Assembly: GCA_004431415.1 (NCBI GenBank) | Contig: QPMI01000175.1 | Location: 62,001-126,000 of the forward strand | DNA from: Cyanophora paradoxa CCMP329 | Lineage: Eukaryota > Plantae > Glaucophyta | Length of the DNA: 64,000 bases | Direction of reading: 5' to 3' | Shown here: positions 24,601 through 37,400 of the stretch, piece by piece | Numbering within the stretch: the stretch's first letter is position 1 | Layout: each line of letters starts with the position of its first letter | Made by a program: the position numbers and the translations under genes | Notes under the pieces: model-generated | The model's input: the letters and a program-made list of their open reading frames with translations, nothing else | Told to the model about the DNA's origin: nothing | The model's database searches: none

Positions 24601-27270
24601 CGACGGGCTCCGGAGCTGGCGATTTCGTATCCAACGTCGTCGTGGACTTCGGGTTCTTCCGAAGCTTCCGCCTCCTCGTCGCTGCAGCTGGTTGCTGACT
24701 CGGTTCCCGTCGCTGCGTGCGGAACTGCTGTCAGGTCCACCGACTCGCCGGTTCCGGGAACGTGAGGCTGGCGTCCACGTTTGCGGGCGACTCGCGGCGG
24801 TGCGGGCGTGCGGTCGCGCTGCTCTTCGTCAGACAGCTCCCCTTTCCAGTTCGCTGCGTCGGCAGTGGCCTTCTCCCAGTAGGCGTCGTCGAGCTTGTCG
24901 AATCCGCATTTCTGGTACCACTTGTTCCCGGCCGCGACGAGCAGCTTCATGACGCTTCTCACCTTCGAAGTGCTGAACTGCCAGAAGTTGGTGAACTTGC
25001 GGTCGTGTCCGGGCACCGTTGGCTTCTCCATGTTCACGTACATCATCGCGTCTCCCGGGGCGAGAGGCTTCATCGATTCGACGAGCTCGGCGGGCTGCGA
25101 GTAAACCATGGTGACCTTCGGGTGCGCGGCCTGCTGCCGACCGATGCGCGTCGTTGCGATGTTGACGAACGACACGGCCGGACTGCATACGACAGCCTCT
25201 GGAAACGTGAGGCCTGCTGCCTCCCTGGCGAGGTCTTCCGACGGCGGTGTCGGGTGGATGCCGTTCTGTGCGGGGATGGTCAATGACCATACTGGAGAGC
25301 GGTAGAGACACACTCGGACCTCTTTCGAAAGCCCGCAGATATCGACACCTTGCTCTGCGCGGTGTCTGTGGCACATTGCGCAGAGCAACGGTTTCCGCGG
25401 TTTCGACGTTCCGGTTTCCAGCTTGTGCATGTAATCCTCTGTCTCCTGAATGCGCCGTATCGCGGCGTCGTCGATCCCGTGGGGCTTCAATATGTTGAGG
25501 TGCGCCTCGGGGTAGAGATCGTCGATGTAGTCCCGGACGCCGCAGCAATCGCATGGCACCATCGGCTGGTACAGAGCTGCAGAGAGCATTAATGGCGAAA
25601 TGGACATAATCGAATTGAAATTAACGTACTGTACAGCATGTCGATGATAGCGTCCTTCAGCGCGTCAAGAAATTGAGGAAATTTGGAACGCTTCTTTGCC
25701 ACCGCTTCGACTATGTCTCGGAGGAGTTCGTTCGGGTGCTCGTAGTCGCTGATCCACGTCTTCACGCATTTGTGCTTGAACGCTAGTGTACGGTCCTTTT
25801 TGGCGAAACGGATGGCGGCTCGCCTGTCCCGGGCAGCGTCACTGTGTACTGGCTTGTCAATTTTTTCGCGCTGGGATTGACGTGCTCGACGGTTGTACTC
25901 TTGTGAACGTTGGTCATCTGTACGCTGTGCACGCGTGTGTGCGAATGCGTCTGCATGCCCTGACTCGTCAAGTGCATGCCGAGACGCGTACGTCCTTGCA
26001 GGGAAATGTTCCCGTCGTACAGCGGTGTGCTCGTAACAATTACACGGGTCAGTGTCTGCTATTGGCCGCAGGTCCGTTCCTCCATGCAGAAACGCGGGGT
26101 GTGGAGGGATAAAAACTGGAATGGTCCCGAGCCATTTGTGATCGGCCGGAAGAGGACGTGCAGGGCGTCCGGGAGGGACAGCTTGAATTGTAGCTGGAGA
26201 GAAACGAGCAGCATCTGTGAATTTCTCGTGCAGAGGAAGCGCTTCACGCCCGGAAGCATGTATTATGCACATCGACAAATCGTGAAGTGTAGCACGCACG
26301 GTTCGATCTCGAATCTGAAATTGTGAACCGACATGTGGCCAGTTCCGTTGGATGATAACTGCTGCAGCGGGGACTTGCACGGCAGGCTGGCCAGATGGAT
26401 ATTCTTTGCGCGGCGGTAGCAAGTCGGACGGGAGATCCCATGGAATCGACGTGTGCAATGCTGATGTTGCTGTGAGCGTTGGCTTACACATGTGCACGTG
26501 TACGTCGACGACTGTGAACGTCTTTAACGCTGTCCGTCGAACGTGCCAGACTGCCGCAAAAGGCGCTCCATGGACGACAGCAAGAGCCATGACAGTTGTA
26601 CCTCCTGCTAGTCCGGGTAGTGTTGCACGGTGTGAGTACTTCAGTTGAGACGGTATATCGAGAAGGCTGAGAGTCTCAGTTATTGTCTGAGCCGATATCG
26701 CAGATGGAAGTGCGTGACGGAGTTTCTGGACGGGAATCGGCGTCAACGTGCCTGATTTTCGGTCAGTACTGCAATACGACGTGTAACGAGGCATGAGAGA
26801 AATGACCTGGTTGCGATGACGACGATTCAATTGCATGGTGAAAACACAGCATGTCGGACGCAATGTAATATCCGTTTTTTAACGGAGCTAGGACGAGCGA
26901 TTGCGTAAACAGTCGTGCTGTTGCAGCCGTTTGTCCGAACCAGCCCGTGACTGTTACGTGCATACTGTGTGCGTGTCCCTCATGGGCTGTAACCACTGCA
27001 ACACGTGCCCATGCACGATCGAACCGTAATCGAGCGATGCGTTTCTCGATTGCCTGTAGGCCATTACGGTCGGCATGCCGAACACATGAATTATATCAAG
27101 AAAGGATGACCTGGATTCCAACAGCGTAGGAGCTCTTGTGCGATCTCTCATCATTGATCCACATGTGCACACTGCTGTCTCGATAACATCTGTATAATTG
27201 ATGCGGTTGAGAGAGCAGGAGTTGATAGTACTGCTTCACGCATGCTGATGCTGTGGTATCAATTGCTTTG
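18695..27270 (-). CDS. Helitron RepHel (HUH-Y2 replication initiator + PIF1-family helicase) with an N-terminal NTF2-like domain; multi-exon, >2600 aa, 5' end unresolved
   Basis: Rep motifs: PPQIWYTMSFND, EQQRRTLHGHLIGW (HUH), HRHSGTC..CRFGLP, YMFKYALK (Y2). PIF1 motifs: VTGGAGCGKT, IDEI, PFGGLAIITYGDAAQVPPV, LVNGAIG, AYGTTVYKAQG, QLYVMLSR. Frame-restoring GT-AG introns at 27054-27110, 26752-26806, 25577-25629, 24006-24079, 23603-23664, 22664-22727, 22408-22473 and 19285-19364. No AP-endonuclease domain seen. Confidence 0.92.
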
Positions 27271-29559
27271 TGTGTCGCGAGTGGAGATCTCGAGAAATGC
27301 GAGATGGGGCTTGTTTCCGCATGCTCGCAATTTGTTGGAATTTCCAGTGCCATTTCAACATTGAGATCATTTCCGCAGAGATCGGCTGCAGTCGAATTCC
27401 ATTTCCATTCGCGGCACACAGCATTGCCGACGATCCCTGGCGACGTATCATCATGCTTCTGTGTTGAATGTGAGAATGCATTAATGTCTAGGCGTATACG
27501 AGGTCCGGCGCACCGGCTCGCGCGGTGCTCGCGTTTGTGCCGCTTGACTGAAAGGTCCAACTACCATGCTCTCGGAATCACTTGCATGTTCGCGGTTGAC
27601 TGCGAAGTTTTAGAATCTTCTTGGAAAGTGTTTTACGGGTTGTGCACATTGTTTCTTTTGCCTGCTGCGTTGCATAGTTGCAGCATGTGAGGTCGTATCT
27701 TGACGACGCAGTGAGATTGGATTTGACGTTGTAGCTCGTTGACGTTCTAAAACTATGCGAGAATGTCATTTGATGACACACAATAACATTATAATTATGA
27801 CTCGGAGCACCTGACAGGATTTCAGTTGGTTCAACGGGGTTTGAATCAGTTGTAGGTATGACACTTTCTGTATGAGTGCGTTGACGTGGTGGTGACAGTG
27901 TTCGCGGACGACGTCTGCGATTTCCAGATGGCGTTTCTTCAAGAGATTCTGAATCTGATGAAGATTCTCCTGTAGAACTCTTCGAAGCATGTTCATGTGC
28001 CAATTCTTCTCGCATGGATTGAGGTGCGTGGCGGACAGTGTTACGTCGTTGTGCTGGTGGGTTCGAATCAGGGTTTGTTTCAAGACGTAAATTTATGTTG
28101 AAGTAGGCGCACTTGTATTTGTGGGATTAAGGACCATGTACACCATCAGCGATACAAATAGTATCGCGACGGCTGCTGGCAACGACCAGTGCAGCGATGC
28201 ACGCTGGATATGCTCCACGTAAGGCGCATCGGTCGGTAGAGGCATTGCGAGAGTCCCATGATTGCCTGACAAAGTGAGTGTGATCCAGATGCCAGTAACC
28301 GATGGGCTGAATAAGAAGGCTGTTATGTACGCCACTGCGGTGCGCCACGATGGGGCGATTTTCAGAATTTTGTGAATTCACATCATGTGAAAAACGAAAT
28401 CGTCACCCGTCGATATTTGAGCCCGAACACGTTGGACCCACGTATAGTAATATTCACGCCTCCGCGCGTTGTTAATTAATCTTCGCAGAGCTGGAAAAAT
28501 GCGCATATTAATATTGGGTGTGTGATCGACGTGCCGGTTGTGTATACGCACCGGAGTAACCCCTTCTGTTTTTCGTGCGTGTCACAGCATACATATCCAA
28601 TATCAGTGTCAATGCCAGTCCTAGATCTGTGTCGTTGGCAACGGAGAGCGTTCCTTTGTCGGACAAAGCAAAAGGAGAATTGCACTTGATACCCAATTTT
28701 GCGTTTTGCATGTATAGCATCACAGTAATTGCTGAAGCGATTGTCAATGCATTATATGGGCGCCACAGTGATAAAAGAAGATTTTCTTACTCGATATGAA
28801 CATGATCACGCTTGTCGACAACGACGCATTCAGAGTAGTTAGGCAGTTCAGAAATACTGTGAGTGACGACGTGCACAACGGAATCACAGGTAATTCGGCA
28901 TTGTCAGGAAGAGTCACATCACAGTCATGACGACAATCGTTATTGTCAAGGGGACATTCACGACATTTGCGTTTTTGTCCTGTAAACCAACAGAACATTC
29001 CTGCTCGAAATATGTTAGTATGTACGTTGCGTCGTTTACCATATGCAATGGGATTTACCAAGCAGTGCCAGTAATGCGGTAATAAAATCGGCAATGCACA
29101 GAATGTGTACAGTCACAGTTGAGAGTAGTTCCGTCTCTCTCATTTCGGTTCTGGATCTTTCGAAGTCGGCACTGATGGTTCCGTGAGAGCGTGCCGGCAC
29201 GACTGTCGACCCCCGCGCCTGGAGGGAGAGCAAGTTGGCAGATCTAGACATGGCTATATCTAAGACGGTATCTGCTCGTCGATCTCAGCAATGTGGGAAG
29301 CGATTTCAAATCTTGCTTACGTCCATGGTCGATGACAATTGTGGAACACAACGACAGTGCTCGGAACTGTTGTGCAACCATTAAGATGATGCATTTAAGT
29401 ATGAACCGTTGACGTGTGCGTTTACGTCGGGATTTGAAGTGCTGCACTGCTGCGTAGACTCCTGGTTTGTTAAGAATTCGCATTTTTTAAAGAGGCGCTC
29501 TGCGCATGCACAGTGACTATTAGCCTGCGGACTCCGCGCGTGTACGGAAACGGACAATC

Positions 29560-30930
29560 TCAGGAGTCGAGAGTAACGGAAACTCACCGACGGGGCGGGA
29601 CGACGACTCGATGCAGGCGCCGGCCGGTTCGACTGACGGGCGCGCCGGTCTGCGCAACGACGGCGAGATCAGCGGGGGGCGGGAGGGGTGGGCGGGCGGA
29701 CCAGCTGACGAGACTACGGACAACAGAAGGCCTGGAGGGCGCCAGTCAGTTGGGGGCCTCTCGCGCGGGAAAATGGGGCCTAACGTCCGGCCCGTCTGAA
29801 GCCTAGATGGGGCGATTTCCGACGTCGGCCGATGCCCCCCACATATTCAGCCCACCCCCCTTCCCAACATTCATAGTTACCGTGTCCGTCTTGCCTGAGA
29901 TGCTCCCGGAAGCCACAACGTTGCCGGTCACGTTGAGATCACCGCCGACGCTCGTGTTGCCGGCTGCCGTCACTGTGAGGGCCGCCGGGGTCGGCGACAG
30001 GATGGCCGACTTGGGCGCGGCCCCACGTGCCCGATGGGAACCGTTGCGGGGGTCCGGACCGTGCAGCGAGAGAACACGTCCAGCGAGCCTGTTGTGTTCG
30101 AGTGCGCCTCGCCCACCATCGTATCCGTAGCGGGGGGGCAGGGCGCGCGGGCGAGCTCACGAGGGTAGGAACGACGGGAGGCCTGGAGGGTGCAAGTGAG
30201 CCGAGGGCACGGGGGCCGGGGGTAAGCAGGGATCGGATGCTCACGGGGAAAACGAATCGATGGAGGTGCCGGCCGCTTCGACTGACGAGCACGACGACCT
30301 GCACGCAGATGGGGAGATCAGCGGGGGGCGGGAGGGGAGGGCGCGCGGGCGAGCTGACGAGACTACGGACGACGGCAGGCCTGCCAGGCTGGAGGGTGCC
30401 AGTCAGCCGAGGTCGCGGGGGCCGGAAGCGGGCCGGGAGGCTCACGAGCACGACGACCCGAAGGAGGCGCCAACCGGTTCGAGCTGACGAGGCTAGGGAC
30501 GACGAGACGGCCTGCACAGAGAGCACGACGACTTGATGTAAGTGCCGGCCGCTTCGACTGACGAGCGCAGCTCAGGGGCCGGGAGGGGAGGGCGCGCAGG
30601 CGAGCTAGGGTGCCGGGCATGAAGGAGGATTGCGCGGCTCACGGGGACGACGACTCGATGCAGGTGCCGGCCCGTTGGACTGACGAGCGTGCCGGCCTGC
30701 GGAGAGATTGGGAGGCCTGCGCAGAGATTGGAAGATCAGTTCGGACTGGGAGGCCAGCGCGCGGTGCGGAGCTGACGGCAGCTGGCTGCTGTGTCGGCGA
30801 GCAAACGATGATAGAAAGCACGAATGATCTGGACGCGCTCGTCAGCCCAGAGCGCCGGCCGGAAAGCTCACGGGGAGGTGTACTTGATGCAGGTGCTAGC
30901 CGTTTCGACTGCAAAGCACGGGTGCCTGCG
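29560..30930. repeat. Degenerate GC-rich repeats inside U10, upstream of RepHel (duplicated at ~34660-36030)
   Basis: GCCGGCCG(G/C)TTCGACTGACG near 29619, 30268 and 30545, with a variant near 30666. Confidence 0.6.
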
Positions 30931-31194
30931 CAGAGACATGCGTTAACTTTCGTATCTTCCGCGTGTTGTACTAGCATATACTTCCTAGCTATAGCTACTT
31001 AACAGCCATTAGTCTCGCTTGTGCAAAGTATACGTAAATGACACGCGCACGCATACGTATACGTACGTATATGCTGACACGCGCTGACATGTTGACACAG
31101 ATGTGCTTCCTTAGAGGCGGTACTTGCAATTGTTTACAGAATGATGTGCGTGCGTTAACGTCGACATGCCATGCTGCATACTTAGTTGGCACGG

Positions 31195-31406
31195 GCCGTA
31201 CGTACATACATGCTGTCAGACACGCGTGAAGTACTATTAGGCTAGGCTGGCTTGCCAACCCGCATGGCCGGTACGTACATGCATACTGTCAGACGCGCGT
31301 GAACTACTATTAGGCTAGGCTGGCTTGCCAGTCCCCACGGCCCGTACGTACATGCATGCTGTCAGACGCGCGTGAAGTACTACTAGTAGGCTAGGCCGGC
31401 TTGCCG
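31195..31406. repeat. Three 73-bp tandem repeats (again at ~36296-36507)
   Basis: GTACGTACAT..TGTCAGAC(A/G)CGCGTGAA..TAGGCTAGGC(T/C)GGCTTGCC at 31198, 31271 and 31344. Confidence 0.85.
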
Positions 31407-34400
31407 GCCGCGGTCCGGGCGCCAGGACCGGGCCATGACCGGTACTATGTTCAACGGTTGTACGGTAGCCGGTGCCTACAGGGCCTACCGTAGTACAGGG
31501 CTACTACAGGCTGGCCTACATGTACAGGGTCACGGGTGCAGCTGCGGTATAGCTACCAGACTAGTACCAGTCTAGCAATTGAAGACCGCCAGGCTAGCGC
31601 TAGCCTAGTAGCGCTTTCGACGGTCAAGGTACAAGTAACTTACTAAGTTAGTAGCGCGGTAGTCATAATGATATAATAACTATTTTGCATTGTACAGTAG
31701 CTAGACCGAGTGTGCGAAACTGCAAGACTCGGAGCGACAAACTTTGACGACTACCTGACAGTACCTGTCATAAATACATGCTCGGTCGAATCGTCAATGG
31801 CGCCGTTTCGATTGCGTGAGATCTTTTTTTTATTCAAGATCTCGATCGCGACGGATCCCGGATTTATTCAAGATCTCGACGGATCCCGGATCTTCTGTCA
31901 ATGAGTTCGCCGGATCTTTGTTTGTATTCAGGATCTCGCAAGATCGGACGTTAATAAAGATCTGTATACGCGCTGTCGCCCAGTGCAGGTACGGCAAAAA
32001 TGGCTGGAAGCTGGCGCCGGCGGCCGCGGCCCGCGCCCAGGCCGGGCTAGCTAGCGCTGCACCCGCACTACCGTAGTAACCGTAGTACCGGTAGTACTGG
32101 CTTACTGGGCTATGGCCGGATTTGGCCGGCTTGGCCATGGGCTGGCCCGTTATACCCAGCTCGAGAGAGAGGTGGCTGGCCATAGAGGGACAGAGAATAC
32201 ATAATTAATTGGGGAAGGTGTTGGACCGGTAACACTTGCTTTTAACTGGTGGAGGAGATTGAGAGAAGATTAGTTTAAAATTAATATATTGTTGGGGGGG
32301 AGGCCCGGGAGGGGGGAGATGCTCGCAGCCAGGCGCATGCGCAGAGCTTGCGAATCGCTTAAACAGAACCTCGAATGCATATAGTATCAATATGCAGGGC
32401 TGCGGAGGCGAGGGCGCGCGGAAAGCTGTGCAGGCCCGTTCAGGATCGAATTTTCGCGTCGGCTGGTAAAATTAATATATTGTTGGGGGGGAGGCCCGGG
32501 AGGGGCGAGATTCTCGCAGCCAGGCGCATGCGCAGAGCTTGCGAATCGCTTAAACAGAACCTCGAATGCATATAGTATCAATATGCAGGGCTGCGGAGGC
32601 GAGGGCGCGCGGAAAGCTGTGCAGGCCCGTTCAGGATCGAATTTTCGCGTCGGCTGGTTCTCGTGCCCTGTCGCGCCCGCAGAGCTCGCGAAAACCTTTA
32701 AAAAGATCTTAAGTGAATACTGTAGCGATGGGCATGGGTGAGGATGCGAGGGCGCGCGGAAAGGTCTTCAGGTCCGTGAAGGATCGAATTTTCGGGTCGG
32801 CTGGATCCTCGCGGCCTGGCGCATTTAGAGACCGTGCGGAAGGCTTCTTCTACATCTCAAATGCTTATGTTATCGTTCCGCGCATGCGCCGCGGCGTGGG
32901 CGGGCGGAAAGATCTCCGGGCCTGTCTAGGATCGAATTTTTGCCGTCGGTTGGGTTCTCGTGCTCTTTCGCGTCTTCGAAGTTTGTGGAAGGCTTTGATA
33001 AAATCTCAAATGAATATACCAGCGATGCGGCCTGCGTGAGGACGCGAGGGCGCGCGGAAAGTTGTTCAGGTTTGAAGAGGATTGAATTTTCGGGGTCGGC
33101 TGGGTCATCGCGACTGGGCGCATGTGCAAACCGTGTGGAGGGCTTCTTCTACATCTGAAATGCTTATGCTATTGTTCCGCGCATGCGCCGCGGCGCGGGC
33201 GCGCGGAAAGATGTCCGGGCCTGTCCAGGATCGAATTTTCGGGGTCGGCTGGGCCCTCGCGGCCCGGCACATCAGTAAAGCGTGCGAAACGCTTGCTCTA
33301 CATCTCAGATGCTTATGCTATTGCTCCGCGCATGCGCCGCGGCGCGGGCGCGCGGAAAGATGTCCGGGCCCGTGCAGGATCGAATTTTTGTCATCGGGTA
33401 CCTTCCTGCGCTGTTGCGGCTCCGAAAAGCGGATTTTGGGGGTGGGCAGGCCGTGCTATGTCTATGCGCGCCAGTACGCATGGATTGCGCGCGTTGCGGG
33501 ACCGGCCGGAACCGGCCGGATCAAATTTTCGGCCGACTCTTCGTACTGGAGCGTCCGACGGTCGACGGCGCCCGAAATCGAGCTTGCGGCGATGCGAAAA
33601 ATGCGCATATTAATATTGGGTGTGTGATCGACGTGCCGGTTGTGTATACGCACCGGAGTAACCCCTTCTGTTTTTCGTGCGTGTCACAGCATACATATCC
33701 AATATCAGTGTCAATGCCAGTCCTAGATCTGTGTCGTTGGCAACGGAGAGCGTTCCTTTGTCGGACAAAGCAAAAGGAGAATTGCACTTGATACCCAATT
33801 TTGCGTTTTGCATGTATAGCATCACAGTAATTGCTGAAGCGATTGTCAATGCATTATATGGGCGCCACAGTGATAAAAGAAGATTTTCTTACTCGATATG
33901 AACATGATCACGCTTGTCGACAACGACGCATTCAGAGTAGTTAGGCAGTTCAGAAATACTGTGAGTGACGACGTGCACAACGGAATCACAGGTAATTCGG
34001 CATTGTCAGGAAGAGTCACATCACAGTCATGACGACAATCGTTATTGTCAAGGGGACATTCACGACATTTGCGTTTTTGTCCTGTAAACCAACAGAACAT
34101 TCCTGCTCGAAATATGTTAGTATGTACGTTGCGTCGTTTACCATATGCAATGGGATTTACCAAGCAGTGCCAGTAATGCGGTAATAAAATCGGCAATGCA
34201 CAGAATGTGTACAGTCACAGTTGAGAGTAGTTCCGTCTCTCTCATTTCGGTTCTGGATCTTTCGAAGTCGGCACTGATGGTTCCGTGAGAGCGTGCCGGC
34301 ACGACTGTCGACCCCCGCGCCTGGAGGGAGAGCAAGTTGGCAGATCTAGACATGGCTATATCTAAGACGGTATCTGCTCGTCGATCTCAGCAATGTGGGA

Positions 34401-37400
34401 AGCGATTTCAAATCTTGCTTACGTCCATGGTCGATGACAATTGTGGAACACAACGACAGTGCTCGGAACTGTTGTGCAACCATTAAGATGATGCATTTAA
34501 GTATGAACCGTTGACGTGTGCGTTTACGTCGGGATTTGAAGTGCTGCACTGCTGCGTAGACTCCTGGTTTGTTAAGAATTCGCATTTTTTAAAGAGGCGC
34601 TCTGCGCATGCACAGTGACTATTAGCCTGCGGACTCCGCGCGTGTACGGAAACGGACAATCTCAGGAGTCGAGAGTAACGGAAACTCACCGACGGGGCGG
34701 GACGACGACTCGATGCAGGCGCCGGCCGGTTCGACTGACGGGCGCGCCGGTCTGCGCAACGACGGCGAGATCAGCGGGGGGCGGGAGGGGTGGGCGGGCG
34801 GACCAGCTGACGAGACTACGGACAACAGAAGGCCTGGAGGGCGCCAGTCAGTTGGGGGCCTCTCGCGCGGGAAAATGGGGCCTAACGTCCGGCCCGTCTG
34901 AAGCCTAGATGGGGCGATTTCCGACGTCGGCCGATGCCCCCCACATATTCAGCCCACCCCCCTTCCCAACATTCATAGTTACCGTGTCCGTCTTGCCTGA
35001 GATGCTCCCGGAAGCCACAACGTTGCCGGTCACGTTGAGATCACCGCCGACGCTCGTGTTGCCGGCTGCCGTCACTGTGAGGGCCGCCGGGGTCGGCGAC
35101 AGGATGGCCGACTTGGGCGCGGCCCCACGTGCCCGATGGGAACCGTTGCGGGGGTCCGGACCGTGCAGCGAGAGAACACGTCCAGCGAGCCTGTTGTGTT
35201 CGAGTGCGCCTCGCCCACCATCGTATCCGTAGCGGGGGGGCAGGGCGCGCGGGCGAGCTCACGAGGGTAGGAACGACGGGAGGCCTGGAGGGTGCAAGTG
35301 AGCCGAGGGCACGGGGGCCGGGGGTAAGCAGGGATCGGATGCTCACGGGGAAAACGACTCGATGGAGGTGCCGGCCGCTTCGACTGACGAGCACGACGAC
35401 CTGCACGCAGATGGGGAGATCAGCGGGGGGCGGGAGGGGAGGGCGCGCGGGCGAGCTGACGAGACTACGGACGACGGCAGGCCTGCCAGGCTGGAGGGTG
35501 CCAGTCAGCCGAGGTCGCGGGGGCCGGAAGCGGGCCGGGAGGCTCACGAGCACGACGACCCGAAGGAGGCGCCAACCGGTTCGAGCTGACGAGGCTAGGG
35601 ACGACGAGACGGCCTGCACAGAGAGCACGACGACTTGATGTAAGTGCCGGCCGCTTCGACTGACGAGCGCAGCTCAGGGGCCGGGAGGGGAGGGCGCGCA
35701 GGCGAGCTAGGGTGCCGGGCATGAAGGAGGATTGCGCGGCTCACGGGACGACGACTCGATGCAGGTGCCGGCCCGTTGGACTGACGAGCGTGCCGGCCTG
35801 CGGAGAGATTGGGAGGCCTGCGCAGAGATTGGAAGATCAGTTCGGACTGGGAGGCCAGCGCGCGGTGCGGAGCTGACGGCAGCTGGCTGCTGTGTCGGCG
35901 AGCAAACGATGATAGAAAGCACGAATGATCTGGACGCGCTCGTCAGCCCAGAGCGCCGGCCGGAAAGCTCACGGGGAGGTGTACTTGATGCAGGTGCTAG
36001 CCGTTTCGACTGCAAAGCACGGGTGCCTGCGCAGAGACATGCGTTAACTTTCGTATCTTCCGCGTGTTGTACTAGCATATACTTCCTAGCTATAGCTACT
36101 TAACAGCCATTAGTCTCGCTTGTGCAAAGTATACGTAAATGACACGCGCACGCATACGTATACGTACGTATATGCTGACACGCGCTGACATGTTGACACA
36201 GATGTGCTTCCTTAGAGGCGGTACTTGCAATTGTTTACAGAATGATGTGCGTGCGTTAACGTCGACATGCCATGCTGCATACTTAGTTGGCACGGGCCGT
36301 ACGTACATACATGCTGTCAGACACGCGTGAAGTACTATTAGGCTAGGCTGGCTTGCCAACCCGCATGGCCGGTACGTACATGCATACTGTCAGACGCGCG
36401 TGAACTACTATTAGGCTAGGCTGGCTTGCCAGTCCCCACGGCCCGTACGTACATGCATGCTGTCAGACGCGCGTGAAGTACTACTAGTAGGCTAGGCCGG
36501 CTTGCCGGCCGCGGTCCGGGCGCCAGGACCGGGCCATGACCGGTACTATGTTCAACGGTTGTACGGTAGCCGGTGCCTACAGGGCCTACCGTAGTACAGG
36601 GCTACTACAGGCTGGCCTACATGTACAGGGTCACGGGTGCAGCTGCGGTATAGCTACCAGACTAGTACCAGTCTAGCAATTGAAGACCGCCAGGCTAGCG
36701 CTAGCCTAGTAGCGCTTTCGACGGTCAAGGTACAAGTAACTTACTAAGTTAGTAGCGCGGTAGTCATAATGATATAATAACTATTTTGCATTGTACAGTA
36801 GCTAGACCGAGTGTGCGAAACTGCAAGACTCGGAGCGACAAACTTTGACGACTACCTGACAGTACCTGTCATAAATACATGCTCGGTCGAATCGTCAATG
36901 GCGCCGTTTCGATTGCGTGAGATCTTTTTTTATTCAAGATCTCGATCGCGACGGATCCCGGATTTATTCAAGATCTCGACGGATCCCGGATCTTCTGTCA
37001 ATGAGTTCGCCGGATCTTTGTTTGTATTCAGGATCTCGCAAGATCGGACGTTAATAAAGATCTGTATACGCGCTGTCGCCCAGTGCAGGTACGGCAAAAA
37101 TGGCTGGAAGCTGGCGCCGGCGGCCGCGGCCCGCGCCCAGGCCGGGCTAGCTAGCGCTGCACCCGCACTACCGTAGTAACCGTAGTACCGGTAGTACTGG
37201 CTTACTGGGCTATGGCCGGATTTGGCCGGCTTGGCCATGGGCTGGCCCGTTATACCCAGCTCGAGAGAGAGGTGGCTGGCCATAGAGGGACAGAGAATAC
37301 ATAATTAATTGGGGAAGGTGTTGACCGGTAACACTTGCTTTTAACTGGTGGAGGAGATTGAGAGAAGATTAGTTTAAAATTAATATATTGTTGGGGGGAG

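Noticed and set aside
31700-31970. AGATCTC/GGATCCCGG repeat cluster as a nested MITE
   Set aside because: I could not identify paired TIRs or a TSD.
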